Of a DNA stretch of 64,000 bases, positions 44,457-53,149 are shown piece by piece. The position numbers were made by a program, and so were the translations under genes. The stretch comes from Fimbriiglobus sp. (lineage in GTDB: Bacteria > Planctomycetota > Planctomycetia > Gemmatales > Gemmataceae), in NCBI GenBank assembly GCA_043745465.1, contig JAYTSV010000207.1:16983-80982 (forward strand), read 5' to 3'. The notes beneath the pieces were generated by a model, which worked only from the letters and a program-made list of their open reading frames with translations, was not told where the DNA came from and made no database searches. Each line of letters starts with the position of its first letter. The stretch's first letter is position 1.

Positions 44457-45284
44457 ATGACGACTCTCTGCGTCCCGATCGACCGACTGGTCCCCGACCC
44501 GACCCAGCCGCGACGGTCCGTCCCGCCCGACGACCTGGCCCGCCTGGCCGCCAGCCTCCGCGCCCGCGGCCAACTCCAACCGCTCCGCGTGAAGCCCGCC
44601 GACGCCGCCGGCCGCCACGCCGTCGTCAGCGGCCACCGCCGCCTCGCCGCCCTCACGATGAATGGGGCGGCCCACGCCGACTGCGTGGTCGTCGACGCGC
44701 CCCAGGACGAGGCCGAAACCCTGGCCGAGCAGCTCGCCGAAAACCTCCTCCGCGAGGACCTGTCGCCCGTCGAGGAGGCCGAGGGCTACCGCCGCTACCT
44801 GGCGTTGACCGGCCTCCCCGCCGCCCGCGCCGCCGAGGCGCTCCACGTCCCCCCGCCGCGGCTCAGCCGCCGCCTCGCGCTGCTCGACCTGTCGGCCGAG
44901 GTCCGCGACAAGGTCCACGCCGGCGACCTGGCCCCCGACACCGCCTACCACGTCGCCCGCCTGCCCGCGGGGGTCGAGCGCGACCGGCTCTTGGCCGAGG
45001 CCGCCGCCGGAACCCTGAGCCGCGACGCCGCAGCCTCGGCCGCCAAGGCCGCGCGCAAGCCGCAGTCCACCCCGGCCGAATCGCCCGCGCCGGGCCGCGT
45101 CACCTGCAAGTTGCCGGGCGGCCGGTCGCTGAGTGTCACAGCCTCGTCGGTCGGCCTGGCGACACTGATCGATGCGCTCGAGGAAGTGCTGAAGGAGGCC
45201 CGCAAGGCGCGGCAGCAGGGCCTCGACGTGACGACCCTCTCCAAGGTCCTGCGCGACCGCGCCGCGAACGGGGGCGCCGCGTGA
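44457..45284 (+). CDS. parB: ParB/RepB/Spo0J-family protein
   Basis: PDPTQPRR...LAASL...GQLQPL.V, VVSGHRRLAA, ENLLREDLSPVEEAEGY, HTH. Confidence 0.92.
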   Translation: MTTLCVPIDRLVPDPTQPRRSVPPDDLARLAASLRARGQLQPLRVKPADAAGRHAVVSGHRRLAALTMNGAAHADCVVVDAPQDEAETLAEQLAENLLREDLSPVEEAEGYRRYLALTGLPAARAAEALHVPPPRLSRRLALLDLSAEVRDKVHAGDLAPDTAYHVARLPAGVERDRLLAEAAAGTLSRDAAASAAKAARKPQSTPAESPAPGRVTCKLPGGRSLSVTASSVGLATLIDALEEVLKEARKARQQGLDVTTLSKVLRDRAANGGAA

Positions 45285-46783
45285 CCGTCAACCCCCTCCG
45301 CTGGCTCCTCGGCCGCCGCCGGCCCGCCGGCCCGCCCGGCCGCTGGCCGCTCGACCTCGAACTCCTCCGCTGGACTCGTGACGAGCCGTTCACCCTGGAG
45401 GACGCCTGCAAGGGCGTGCAGGTCTGGGGCATGACCGGCTCGGGCAAGAGCTCTGGCAGTGGCAAGTGCCTCGCGCTCAGCTACCTCCGCGCCGGCTTCG
45501 GCGGGCTGGTTCTGTGCGCCAAGCCCGGCGAGGCCGACACGTGGCGGGGCTACGCCCGCGCCGCCGGCCGCGAGGCCTACCTCGTCGTCTTCTCGCCCAC
45601 TTCGCCGTGGCGGTATGACTTTTTAGACTATGAATTGCAGCGGCCGGGGGCCGGCGCGGGCCTGACCGAGAACCTGCTGCAGCTCTTCGTGACCGTCGCC
45701 GAGGTCGCCGGCCGCGGCTCCGGCAAGGGGGGCCGCGACGACGAGGGGTACTGGCAGCGCGCCCTGCAGCAGCTCCTCCGCAACGCCATCGACCTGCTCG
45801 TGGCCGCGACCGGCCGCGTCTCCGTCCCCGACCTGTACCGCCTGGTCGTCTCCGCGCCGGCGAGCTTCGACCAGGTCGCGTCGGCCGCCTGGCAGGCGCG
45901 GTCGTTCTGCTGGGAGTGCCTGCGGACGGGCGACGCCGCCCCCAAGACCGGCTACCGCGGCCACGACTTCTCCGTCGCCGCCGACTACTTCCTGGTCGAG
46001 TACCCCGGCCTCAGCGAGAAGACGCGGTCGGTCGTGGTGTCGAGCTTCACGTCGATGGCCGACGCGCTCAACCGCGGCGTCCTGCGCGAGCTGTTCGGCA
46101 CGGCGACCAACGTCACCCCGGACGACTGCCTGGCCGGCAAGGTCGTCGTCGTGGACCTGAACGTCAAGGAGTACGACGCCGTAGGCCGGTACGCCGCGGC
46201 GGTCTGGAAGTCCCAGTTCCAGCGGGCCGTCGAGCGGCGGGCCGCCGGCGAGGCCGACCCGCGGCCGTGCTTCCTGTTCGCCGACGAGTCGCAGCTGTTC
46301 ACCGGCCGGCAGGACGCCCTGTTCCAGACGACCGCGCGGTCGGCCCGGTGCTGCACGGTGTACCTGACGCAGAACCTGTCGAACTACCTGTCCGCCTACG
46401 CCGGCGAGGCCGGGGACGCCGACGCCCGCAGTCTCTTGGGCAACCTGACGACGCACGTCGTCCACGCCCTGGGCGACAGCGCGACCGCCGAGTTCGTGGC
46501 GGACCTGATCGGCCGGTCGAAGCAGTGGTTCTCGAACGGCAGCGTGACGCACCAGCCGTACCACCCGCTGGACGACCTGTGGGGCGGCGGGGGCGGGCAG
46601 TCGTCGGGCGGGTACAGCGAGTCGTTCGAGTACGAGGTGCAGCCCTCGGAGCTGTGCCGGATGGCGACGGGCGGGGCCGAGTGCGGGTATCAAGTCGGGG
46701 CCCTGGTGTGGCGGGGCGGCCGGCCGTTCCGCTCGACCGGCAAGTCGTACGTGTGGACATCCTTCAACCAACGGGAGAGTTGA
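45281..46783 (+). CDS. VirD4/TraG-like type IV coupling protein
   Basis: Walker A GMTGSGKS, LVLCAKPGE, Walker B FLFADESQ, YLTQN; translationally coupled to parB. Confidence 0.85.
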   Translation: MTVNPLRWLLGRRRPAGPPGRWPLDLELLRWTRDEPFTLEDACKGVQVWGMTGSGKSSGSGKCLALSYLRAGFGGLVLCAKPGEADTWRGYARAAGREAYLVVFSPTSPWRYDFLDYELQRPGAGAGLTENLLQLFVTVAEVAGRGSGKGGRDDEGYWQRALQQLLRNAIDLLVAATGRVSVPDLYRLVVSAPASFDQVASAAWQARSFCWECLRTGDAAPKTGYRGHDFSVAADYFLVEYPGLSEKTRSVVVSSFTSMADALNRGVLRELFGTATNVTPDDCLAGKVVVVDLNVKEYDAVGRYAAAVWKSQFQRAVERRAAGEADPRPCFLFADESQLFTGRQDALFQTTARSARCCTVYLTQNLSNYLSAYAGEAGDADARSLLGNLTTHVVHALGDSATAEFVADLIGRSKQWFSNGSVTHQPYHPLDDLWGGGGGQSSGGYSESFEYEVQPSELCRMATGGAECGYQVGALVWRGGRPFRSTGKSYVWTSFNQRES

Positions 46784-46784
46784 C

Positions 46785-47384
46785 ATGCCGCAGCAGCAAC
46801 AGGGTCAAGAGTCGCCGCCGGCGGGCGGCGGGGCGCGGGAGCACCTGAACGTCGTCGTCAACGTATCGCAGGTCGTTGCCGCCCCGATCGCGCCGTGGGC
46901 GACGCGGCTGGGGACCTGGGGCCAGAACTACCTCACCGCCCCCGCGGTGGCCGGGTGCCTGCTGTGGCCGCCGGTGTTCGCGGCGTTCTACGGGCCGCAC
47001 CCGCGGCTCGGCGACGTGTACGACTTCTGGGCCGTGACGGTCCTGCTCGTGTTCGTCCACCAGGCGGCCGGCGTGCAGCAGCGGCGGAAGGGCTACCGGT
47101 GCCACTCGCGGTACTGCGGCGACTCGTGGCTGGAGGGGGGCAGCCGGGGCCTGCCGCAGCGGGCGGCCCGGCTCGCGGACGGGCTGCTGGCGGTCGGGGC
47201 GGGCTTCATCGCGGCCGACCTGGGCAGCGCGCCCCTGGGGTCGCTGCTCATGCTTGGGGGGACGGCCAAGCTGCTCGGCGACGTGCTGGCGTTCCAGGCG
47301 GCGGAGGCGCGGGTGCGGCAGATGGAGGACGCGCGGGCCGAGAGCGAGTACTACGCGGGCGTCTTCCGCGAGCGGCAGCGGTAA
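46785..47384 (+). CDS. Membrane protein downstream of the coupling protein (199 aa)
   Basis: Several hydrophobic segments and a HSRYCGDSW motif; starts 1 bp after the T4CP stop. Confidence 0.7.
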   Translation: MPQQQQGQESPPAGGGAREHLNVVVNVSQVVAAPIAPWATRLGTWGQNYLTAPAVAGCLLWPPVFAAFYGPHPRLGDVYDFWAVTVLLVFVHQAAGVQQRRKGYRCHSRYCGDSWLEGGSRGLPQRAARLADGLLAVGAGFIAADLGSAPLGSLLMLGGTAKLLGDVLAFQAAEARVRQMEDARAESEYYAGVFRERQR

Positions 47385-47463
47385 ATTGGCGGCCCGGCGG
47401 GGCATAGGAGGGTGCCGGGGGGCGCGGGGCCGGACCGGCGGTAACACGGCGGGAGGGGACACA

Positions 47464-47592
47464 ATGTTGACGTTACTCGTTCTGGTGGGGTTGGTCGGGT
47501 TCGGGGTGTACCAGGCCGGGTCGCTGGCGGCCCAGCACCCGGACGCCGCGGCGGGGGTGGGCAAGGCGCTCTTCGGGCTGTTCCGCAAGTAG
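47464..47592 (+). CDS. Small membrane peptide (42 aa)
   Basis: GGAGGGG SD; MLTLLVLVGLVGFGVYQAGSLAAQHPDAAAGVGKALFGLFRK. Confidence 0.6.
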   Translation: MLTLLVLVGLVGFGVYQAGSLAAQHPDAAAGVGKALFGLFRK

Positions 47593-47668
47593 CGCGGGGC
47601 GTCCGGACGCCGGGCGGCCGACGCCGCCCGGCGGAGTCGGGGGTTGAACGCAACGGGAGGAGGGGATC

Positions 47669-47938
47669 ATGGCGACAGGGGAAGCGCCCCGCAAGCTGTT
47701 CGCGGGGGCCGGGATGGCGGCGCTAAGGCAGGGCGGTAAGGAAATCGGAACGATGCTCAAAGCGTTCCCGGATTCGATCTCGATCGACGAGCCGGGGACG
47801 GTGTTCTCGCCGACGCAGGGCGAGATCGCTGAGGCGAACCGCGGCGGGTCGGTGTGGGGCCGGGTGCAGGACGCCCAGGAGCGAGCTGAGGCGGCTAAGG
47901 GTAAGGAGACGCCGGAGAAGACGCCCGAGCGGGAGTGA
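47669..47938 (+). CDS. Hypothetical protein (89 aa)
   Basis: GGAGGAGG SD; same-strand run of small genes. Confidence 0.65.
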   Translation: MATGEAPRKLFAGAGMAALRQGGKEIGTMLKAFPDSISIDEPGTVFSPTQGEIAEANRGGSVWGRVQDAQERAEAAKGKETPEKTPERE

Positions 47939-48024
47939 CAGGCGCGGGCAGCAGAGTGAAGTCGACTGGCCGGCCCCCGCCGTGGGGGCCAGGGCATCCA
48001 AGGTCTGAACGGGAGGGGTTCGTC

Positions 48025-48153
48025 ATGGCGATCAAGGTAACCCAGGTCCGGGAGTCGGTCCGCGAGTTCGCCCGCCAGCTGCAAGCGCAACTGCGGGCCT
48101 GGCAGCGGCAGGTCCGGAAGAGCCTGGAGGCGCGGCTGCGGCGCGGCAAGTAA
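48025..48153 (+). CDS. Small basic helical peptide (42 aa)
   Basis: GGAGGG SD; MAIKVTQVRESVREFARQLQAQLRAWQRQVRKSLEARLRRGK. Confidence 0.55.
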   Translation: MAIKVTQVRESVREFARQLQAQLRAWQRQVRKSLEARLRRGK

Positions 48154-48169
48154 ACCTGAAGGCAACACG

Positions 48170-48204
48170 GCCGCCGGGGACCTGCGGGTGCCCGGCGGCT
48201 TTTT
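48170..48204 (+). terminator. Rho-independent terminator upstream of the excisionase gene
   Basis: GCCGCCGGGG-ACCTGCGGGT-GCCCGGCGGC followed by TTTTT. Confidence 0.7.
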
Positions 48205-48242
48205 CGTTCCGCCAGCCCTGACACTTGAGGGAGGTTGCGACC

Positions 48243-48515
48243 ATGGAAGCGTTCACTGAGCGGCTCGGCCGCATCGAGGCGATGCTCCTGGAACTCGTCG
48301 GCCAGGCCCCCGGCCGGGAGTGGCTCACCCCCGCGGAGGCCGGCCGCGCCCTGGGCAAGGCCGAGTTTACCGTCCGCGAGTGGTGCCGCCACGGCCGGCT
48401 TCGCGCCCAGAAGCGGGCCAGCGGCCGCGGGCCGCACCCGGCCTGGGTCGTCAGCCGCCAGGAGCTGGACCGCTACCGGCGGGAGGGCCTTCTGCCCCTC
48501 CGAACACGCCCCTGA
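48243..48515 (+). CDS. xis: Excisionase-like helix-turn-helix protein
   Basis: EWLTPAEAGRALGKAEFTVREWCRHGRLRA.K MerR/HTH_17-like; convergent with the integrase; GGGAGG SD. Confidence 0.8.
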   Translation: MEAFTERLGRIEAMLLELVGQAPGREWLTPAEAGRALGKAEFTVREWCRHGRLRAQKRASGRGPHPAWVVSRQELDRYRREGLLPLRTRP

Positions 48516-49668
48516 TCGCCTCCCGCTGGGCGTCCGGGTAGAGGTGCCGGTACCGCCGCGACGTCTTCTCGTCCACGTGCCCGCACCACTCCTGGACCAG
48601 CCGCTGGTCCACCCCCTTCGACGCGCAGGCCGACACGAAGCTGTGCCGCAGCGTGTGGAAGCCGCCGAGCACCTCCCACTTCGACCCCGCCAGGGCGGCC
48701 CGCAGCAGCTCCTGGGCGGCCTGCGGCGAGAGCGCCCGCTCCCCCCGGCCCAGCAGGTAGACCGCGCCGGGCCGGGACGCGGTCCACTCGCCGAGCAGTT
48801 TCTGAAGGAAGCCCGTGAGCGGCACCCGCCTCGTCGTCCGCGACCCCTTCGCCCGCTTCTTCTCCCGCACGGTCACGACGCCGGCGGCCAAGTCGATGTC
48901 GGCCGCGTGGGCGCGAATCAACTCGGACCGCCGCATGCCCGTGTGGGCGGCGACGCAGACCATCGGGTAGAGCCAGCCCGGCCCCCGGGCCGTCCCCATG
49001 AATGCGAGCAACTCGTCCACCTCGGGCGCGGTAAGGTAGAGGCACCCCCACAGGGGGGCCGGGTTGGCCCCGCCCCGGACCCGCCGCGCGACCTCGGCCC
49101 AGGTCATGAACGGCGGCCGCTCGTCGGCCTTGGGGTAGACGGGCTTGCCGGGCGGGAACGGCCGGTCGAGTCGGCCCATGCCGGCCGCCCAGGCCCAGAC
49201 GGCCCGCAGCGTGTCGACCTCCTTCTTGATGGTCACTCCGGCCGCCTGCCGGCGGCCGACGTGCCGCTGGACGTCGGCCAGGGTAAGGCCGGCGAGCCGG
49301 AAGCGGTCGCCGAGGGTGGCGGCGAGGTGGCGGAAGTGGACGCGGGCGGTGGAGAGCGTGCTGGCCTCGAGCGCCCCGCCGCCCATCGCTACGAGGTAGG
49401 CGTCGCGGATCTCGGCGAGGGTGGGGTCCTTGGCCTCGGGCGTCGGGGCGGAGGGCGGCCGGCCGTCGTGGCGGAGGAAGTCGATCACCGAGGTGCCGGC
49501 GGGGAGCGTCAGAACCCGCTGGTCGAGGAGGCGGAGGAGGTACTCGACGCGGGCCTTGGCGGCCTCGGCGTCGGCGGGCGAGGGCCGGCCGAGGGAGTAG
49601 TTGAACTGCTTGCCGCCGTAGCGGAAGAGGACGCGGAAGTTGCCGTTGCGGTCGTCAAGTGCGGCCAT
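48451..49668 (-). CDS. int: Tyrosine recombinase/integrase
   Basis: HTGMRRSEL (catalytic R), REKK, FHTLRHSF (HxxR), WCGH, RRYRH (catalytic Y); adjacent to the tRNA. Confidence 0.95.
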   Translation of the reverse strand: MAALDDRNGNFRVLFRYGGKQFNYSLGRPSPADAEAAKARVEYLLRLLDQRVLTLPAGTSVIDFLRHDGRPPSAPTPEAKDPTLAEIRDAYLVAMGGGALEASTLSTARVHFRHLAATLGDRFRLAGLTLADVQRHVGRRQAAGVTIKKEVDTLRAVWAWAAGMGRLDRPFPPGKPVYPKADERPPFMTWAEVARRVRGGANPAPLWGCLYLTAPEVDELLAFMGTARGPGWLYPMVCVAAHTGMRRSELIRAHAADIDLAAGVVTVREKKRAKGSRTTRRVPLTGFLQKLLGEWTASRPGAVYLLGRGERALSPQAAQELLRAALAGSKWEVLGGFHTLRHSFVSACASKGVDQRLVQEWCGHVDEKTSRRYRHLYPDAQREAIRGVFGGAEGPPAGSGPAPGG

Positions 49669-49786
49669 TGCTGTGCCCTCAAGGGGAGCAACGCCAGTCT
49701 AACGCGAGCGAAGAGATGTTGCCAGCTTGTTGCCGAGATCCGAAGCAAGAAGTCGCAAATCCTTGATCTGCAATGACTTACGAAAG

Positions 49787-49857
49787 TTACCCGACTAGGA
49801 TTCGAACCTAGACAAACAGTGCCAAAAACTGTTGTGCTACCGTTACACTATCGGGTA
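49787..49857 (-). tRNA. trnQ: tRNA-Gln (anticodon UUG), CCA not encoded
   Basis: Minus strand TACCCGA...TAGTGTAACGGTAGCA...ACAGT-TTTTGGC-ACTGT...CTAGGTTCGAATCCTAG...TCGGGTA-A; all cloverleaf stems pair. Confidence 0.96.
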
Positions 49858-49920
49858 ATGTCACCTGAATCTTACCAGCCACGCGGGGCCGATCAACCCC
49901 ATTTTGACGCGGCCGGGCGG

Positions 49921-51159
49921 TTACGGGTTCGCGCCGCCGGCCGGAATCTTCGGCGACTCGATCAGGCGAGCGTCGGCGAAGTTCACGTCGTCTTGTGCGT
50001 CGCCGCCGGGGCCGTAATCGACGAGGAGCGTCAACTCGGTCGCGCCGGTCGTGTCCAGGCTCACCGGGACCGTGCCGGTCGCGGCGCTCAGGCGGCGCAG
50101 GGACTCCAGGGGCGCGGGCTTGCCGTCGAGGAGGATCGTCACGTCGGCGGCACCGCGGCGGCCGGTCGCGGCGTCGAGGCCGACTTGGGTCTCGAAGCGG
50201 CGGTACTTGCCCGCGAGGTCGTAGGTCAGTCGGGTGCGCGAGTGCAGCCCCAGGCCGCGGTCGAAGGTGCTCACCCCGGACTCGCCGCGGAGCCGGAGCG
50301 GTTCGCCCCGGACCGACCGGTCGGTCCGCCAGGGCCAACTCAGGCCGGTGAACGGCGTCACCTCCGCGGCCTTCGGCGTCAGGTCGGCCAGGCTCGTCGC
50401 CGGGCCGTTGACCACGTCCAGGGCGACGACCTCGGCCCACGCCACCTCGACGCGCGGGCCGGCGGGGGAGACGCCGCGGAACGTCGCGGCGTCGGCCGAA
50501 ACCTGGGTCAGCGTCAGCCGCGAGCCGTCGGCCAGGACCACCCGGGCGTGAACGGTCTTGACCTTGCGGACGCGGGCCAGGGTCGGGTCGAAGGCGACCG
50601 CGGCGACCCGGCCGAGCGGCACCACCTCGGCCGGCCGGTCGGCCGACTTGAAGCGGACGGCTTCGGGCGTGAGGCCGTCGATGCCGCCGCGGAGCACGTC
50701 CCGGGTGCGCAACAAGAGCGCGTCCCGCTTGCCGTCGCCGGCCCACGCGTACCGGGCCGGTTCGGCGGGCGTGTCGGCGTCGGGGGCGTCGAGCCAGGCG
50801 GCGGCGACGGCCGTCAGCGGGACGGCCCACGGCTCGGCCCGCGGCCCCAGAATCCGCGGGCGGAAGGTCACCCGGTTCGCGTCCCCGCCGAGCGTCGCGC
50901 CGGCGACCACGTCCCCGTTGGCCAGCACGAGCATCGGCTCGCGCGGCCGTGCCGGGATGGCCCGACCGACCCGGCGGAGCGCGACGAGGTCGCCCGGCGG
51001 AATCGCGGGGTCGTTCCAAACCACGGCGAACCCGCCACTCAACGACTTGACCCGGCCGACCGCCGTCCCCGCGACCGTGGACGCCTCGAACGCCGGCACG
51101 CCGGCGGCGGGCGGCACCAGGGCGAGGATCGGCAACAGCCAGGCCAGAGCAGAGACCAT
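49921..51159 (-). CDS. Secreted protein with C-terminal NPCBM/NEW2 domain
   Basis: Signal peptide MVSALAWLLPILALVPPAAG; C-terminal FDRGLGLHSRTRLTYDL.GKYRRFETQVGLD. Confidence 0.85.
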   Translation of the reverse strand: MVSALAWLLPILALVPPAAGVPAFEASTVAGTAVGRVKSLSGGFAVVWNDPAIPPGDLVALRRVGRAIPARPREPMLVLANGDVVAGATLGGDANRVTFRPRILGPRAEPWAVPLTAVAAAWLDAPDADTPAEPARYAWAGDGKRDALLLRTRDVLRGGIDGLTPEAVRFKSADRPAEVVPLGRVAAVAFDPTLARVRKVKTVHARVVLADGSRLTLTQVSADAATFRGVSPAGPRVEVAWAEVVALDVVNGPATSLADLTPKAAEVTPFTGLSWPWRTDRSVRGEPLRLRGESGVSTFDRGLGLHSRTRLTYDLAGKYRRFETQVGLDAATGRRGAADVTILLDGKPAPLESLRRLSAATGTVPVSLDTTGATELTLLVDYGPGGDAQDDVNFADARLIESPKIPAGGANP

Positions 51160-51449
51160 CGGAAACCCTCGGGTGCCTCGACGCGTGCGACCGCCGGTCC
51201 GGCCGGCGTCGCACGGTCGATGATAGTCGCGGCGCGGGGTCCGCACGGTTTTGCAGCGCAATTGCCCCGGGAGGCCGAATTGCGTATCCGGCCGGGTGCA
51301 ACCGTATCGGTGTACAGTTGCGGTGACGGCGGCCTGCTCGACACCGGACAGGGTGGGTCGGAACCAGGTGGCCGTCTGGAGTTCCGGCGCGTGCGACCTC
51401 CGCTCGTTCTCCGAACGGGTCGCCTCGTTCCTCGCCGTGATCGCCCCCG

Positions 51450-52163
51450 TTACTTTTTGCTCTTCTCGAAGAGATCGACGTACTTCTTCGGGTTCGCGTC
51501 GAACTCTTCGCGGCAGCCGGAGCAGCAGACGTAGTACGTCTTGCCGGCGAAGCTCACCGCCATCGTGCCCGCGCCGCCGGTGACGATGCACTCGGGCTTC
51601 TTCGACCCGCCGCCGGCGAAGCTCTCGCCCTCCTTGTTGCCTGCCAGCGAGAACTGCTCGCTGAACAGGCCCTTGCCCTTCGTCTGGACTTCGGACTTCA
51701 TCACCAGCCGCGCGCCGTCGGCGATGGTGTAGAGGGTGAGTCTTTGCACGTCGGCGGTGTCGGCGTCGGAGTGCGTGAAGATCAGGTTGCCCTTCACGAG
51801 GGTGCCGTCGAAGGCGGTCTCCTTCTTCGCCTTGTCGGTCATCGTCAGCTTGTACACCTTCTTCTCGGCGTCGTACCCCATCACGCCGGCGGTGAAGAAC
51901 TTGCCGTCCTTGATCTCCAGGGTCAGCGACGAGGTGCCGTCCTTGAACTTCCAGCCCATCGTCAGGGTTTCCTTCCAGTACGTCTCCTTGCCGGTGAGCT
52001 TGGTCTTGCCGTTGGCCTTCCACTCGCCGACGTACTCGCCGACCTTCTTGAGCGCGGCCTTCTCGGCACCCTCCTTGGGGTCGGGCTTCTTATCGGCCGC
52101 CGCCAGCGGCAGGGCGACGACGGACGCGAACAGGGCGAGGGCCGCCAGGAAACTTCGGCGCAT
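51450..52163 (-). CDS. Secreted protein with C-terminal YHS domain
   Basis: Signal peptide; C-terminal CIVTGG...GKTYYVCCSGCREEFDANPKKY. Confidence 0.85.
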   Translation of the reverse strand: MRRSFLAALALFASVVALPLAAADKKPDPKEGAEKAALKKVGEYVGEWKANGKTKLTGKETYWKETLTMGWKFKDGTSSLTLEIKDGKFFTAGVMGYDAEKKVYKLTMTDKAKKETAFDGTLVKGNLIFTHSDADTADVQRLTLYTIADGARLVMKSEVQTKGKGLFSEQFSLAGNKEGESFAGGGSKKPECIVTGGAGTMAVSFAGKTYYVCCSGCREEFDANPKKYVDLFEKSKK

Positions 52164-52229
52164 GGTCAACTCCGGGGGGTGTTTAAACTTCTGACGCGGC
52201 AGGAGGCGGGGCGGTTCCGTGCGGGCAGT

Positions 52230-53057
52230 TTACCCCAGCTTGGCGAAGAAGCCGAGCAACTGGGCGTTGGCGTCGAGAATGTCTCTCGGTGGGCCGCCGA
52301 TCCGCGGGTGTAACTGCCCCGCACCGCCCGGCCAGTGGTGCCCCAGGCCCGGTACGCGCAGACCGACCATCGGCACCGGGCCGGGGTAGACCCGGAAGGG
52401 GTTCTCGGGGAGCAGCGGCGACGCGGCGCAGCCGTTGGCGACCGACCACTTGCTGAGGGTCTCCGGCACGCTCGGCCGCACGACGACCGGCCCGCCCCAC
52501 GGCAGCCGCACCGGGCCGCCGGCCCAGGGGATCAGTGGGTCGGCGTCGCCCACGAGGTACAGCGTCGGCACGGGGCGGGCCGGCGTCGCGTCGGTCCAGC
52601 AATAGCCGGCGACGGGGGCGACGGCGGCGACGAGGTCGGCCCGCTCCGCGGCGAAGCGGAAGGCCATGCCCGCGCCGTTCGAGAAGCCCGCCACGAAGAC
52701 GCGCCGCCGGTCGCAGCCGCGGGCGACGAGGTTTTCGACGACGGCGGCGAGGAAGGCCACGTCGTCGGTGGCGGTGTGCAGCGGGTTGCCCGGGCGGGTG
52801 CTGCCGTCGTTCCAGCGGGCGGGGTTCGTCAGGAACTTCGGCTCCTTCGCCGGGTTGACCGGCAGGCCGTCCGGGTACGCGAGCGCGAACCCGGCCGCGA
52901 GCGCCGGGGCGAGCAGGCGGGTCTCGCTGTCGCACCAGGCCGCCGTGCCCCCGGTGCCGTGTAAGAACGCCACGACCGGCCACGGCCCCGGGGCGTCCGG
53001 CGCGGCGAACAAGTAGCTGCGGGGGGTGCCGGCGACGGTCAACGGGACGCGGGTCAT
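52230..53057 (-). CDS. Alpha/beta hydrolase, PHB depolymerase/LpqC-like esterase
   Basis: FLHGTGG, AYPDG, DDVAFL, nucleophile elbow GFSNG, GLGHHWPG. Confidence 0.9.
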   Translation of the reverse strand: MTRVPLTVAGTPRSYLFAAPDAPGPWPVVAFLHGTGGTAAWCDSETRLLAPALAAGFALAYPDGLPVNPAKEPKFLTNPARWNDGSTRPGNPLHTATDDVAFLAAVVENLVARGCDRRRVFVAGFSNGAGMAFRFAAERADLVAAVAPVAGYCWTDATPARPVPTLYLVGDADPLIPWAGGPVRLPWGGPVVVRPSVPETLSKWSVANGCAASPLLPENPFRVYPGPVPMVGLRVPGLGHHWPGGAGQLHPRIGGPPRDILDANAQLLGFFAKLG

Positions 53058-53149
53058 TCGGGGCCGGGCCGGGGGGGTGCGGTTGGATGCGGCGGGCGCA
53101 TCCGGTATGGTGATAGTGTTAGTGTGAGCCTCACCGAAGGACGACCGCG

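Larger units (their letters stand above)
1..49786. mobile_element. Integrative (conjugative or mobilisable) element / genomic island at the tRNA-Gln 3' end; left boundary not identified, so start=1 is only the window edge
   Basis: Tyrosine integrase starts ~120 bp downstream of the tRNA 3' end, co-oriented. Xis, T4CP, ParB, MOBF relaxase, repA/parA and defence cargo lie to the left; housekeeping genes resume right of the tRNA. No second copy of the tRNA 3' end was seen by eye. Confidence 0.8.

Noticed and set aside
44457-45284. ParB as the cognate partner of the parA at 14419-15093
   Set aside because: That ParA is the short type Ib form coupled to its own RHH gene; the ParB is 30 kb away in the transfer operon and more likely acts there.
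1-49786. Prophage interpretation; search for an attL copy of the tRNA 3' end
   Set aside because: No capsid, terminase, portal or tail genes. No second GTTACCCGACTAGGATTCGAACC was spotted by eye; an exact string search of the window and flanks is still needed.
49921-52023. 700-aa and 588-aa (56026-57792) ORFs as fusion proteins
   Set aside because: Longest-ORF artefacts: the N-terminal extensions overlap other real genes in another frame. True starts are 51159 and 56941.
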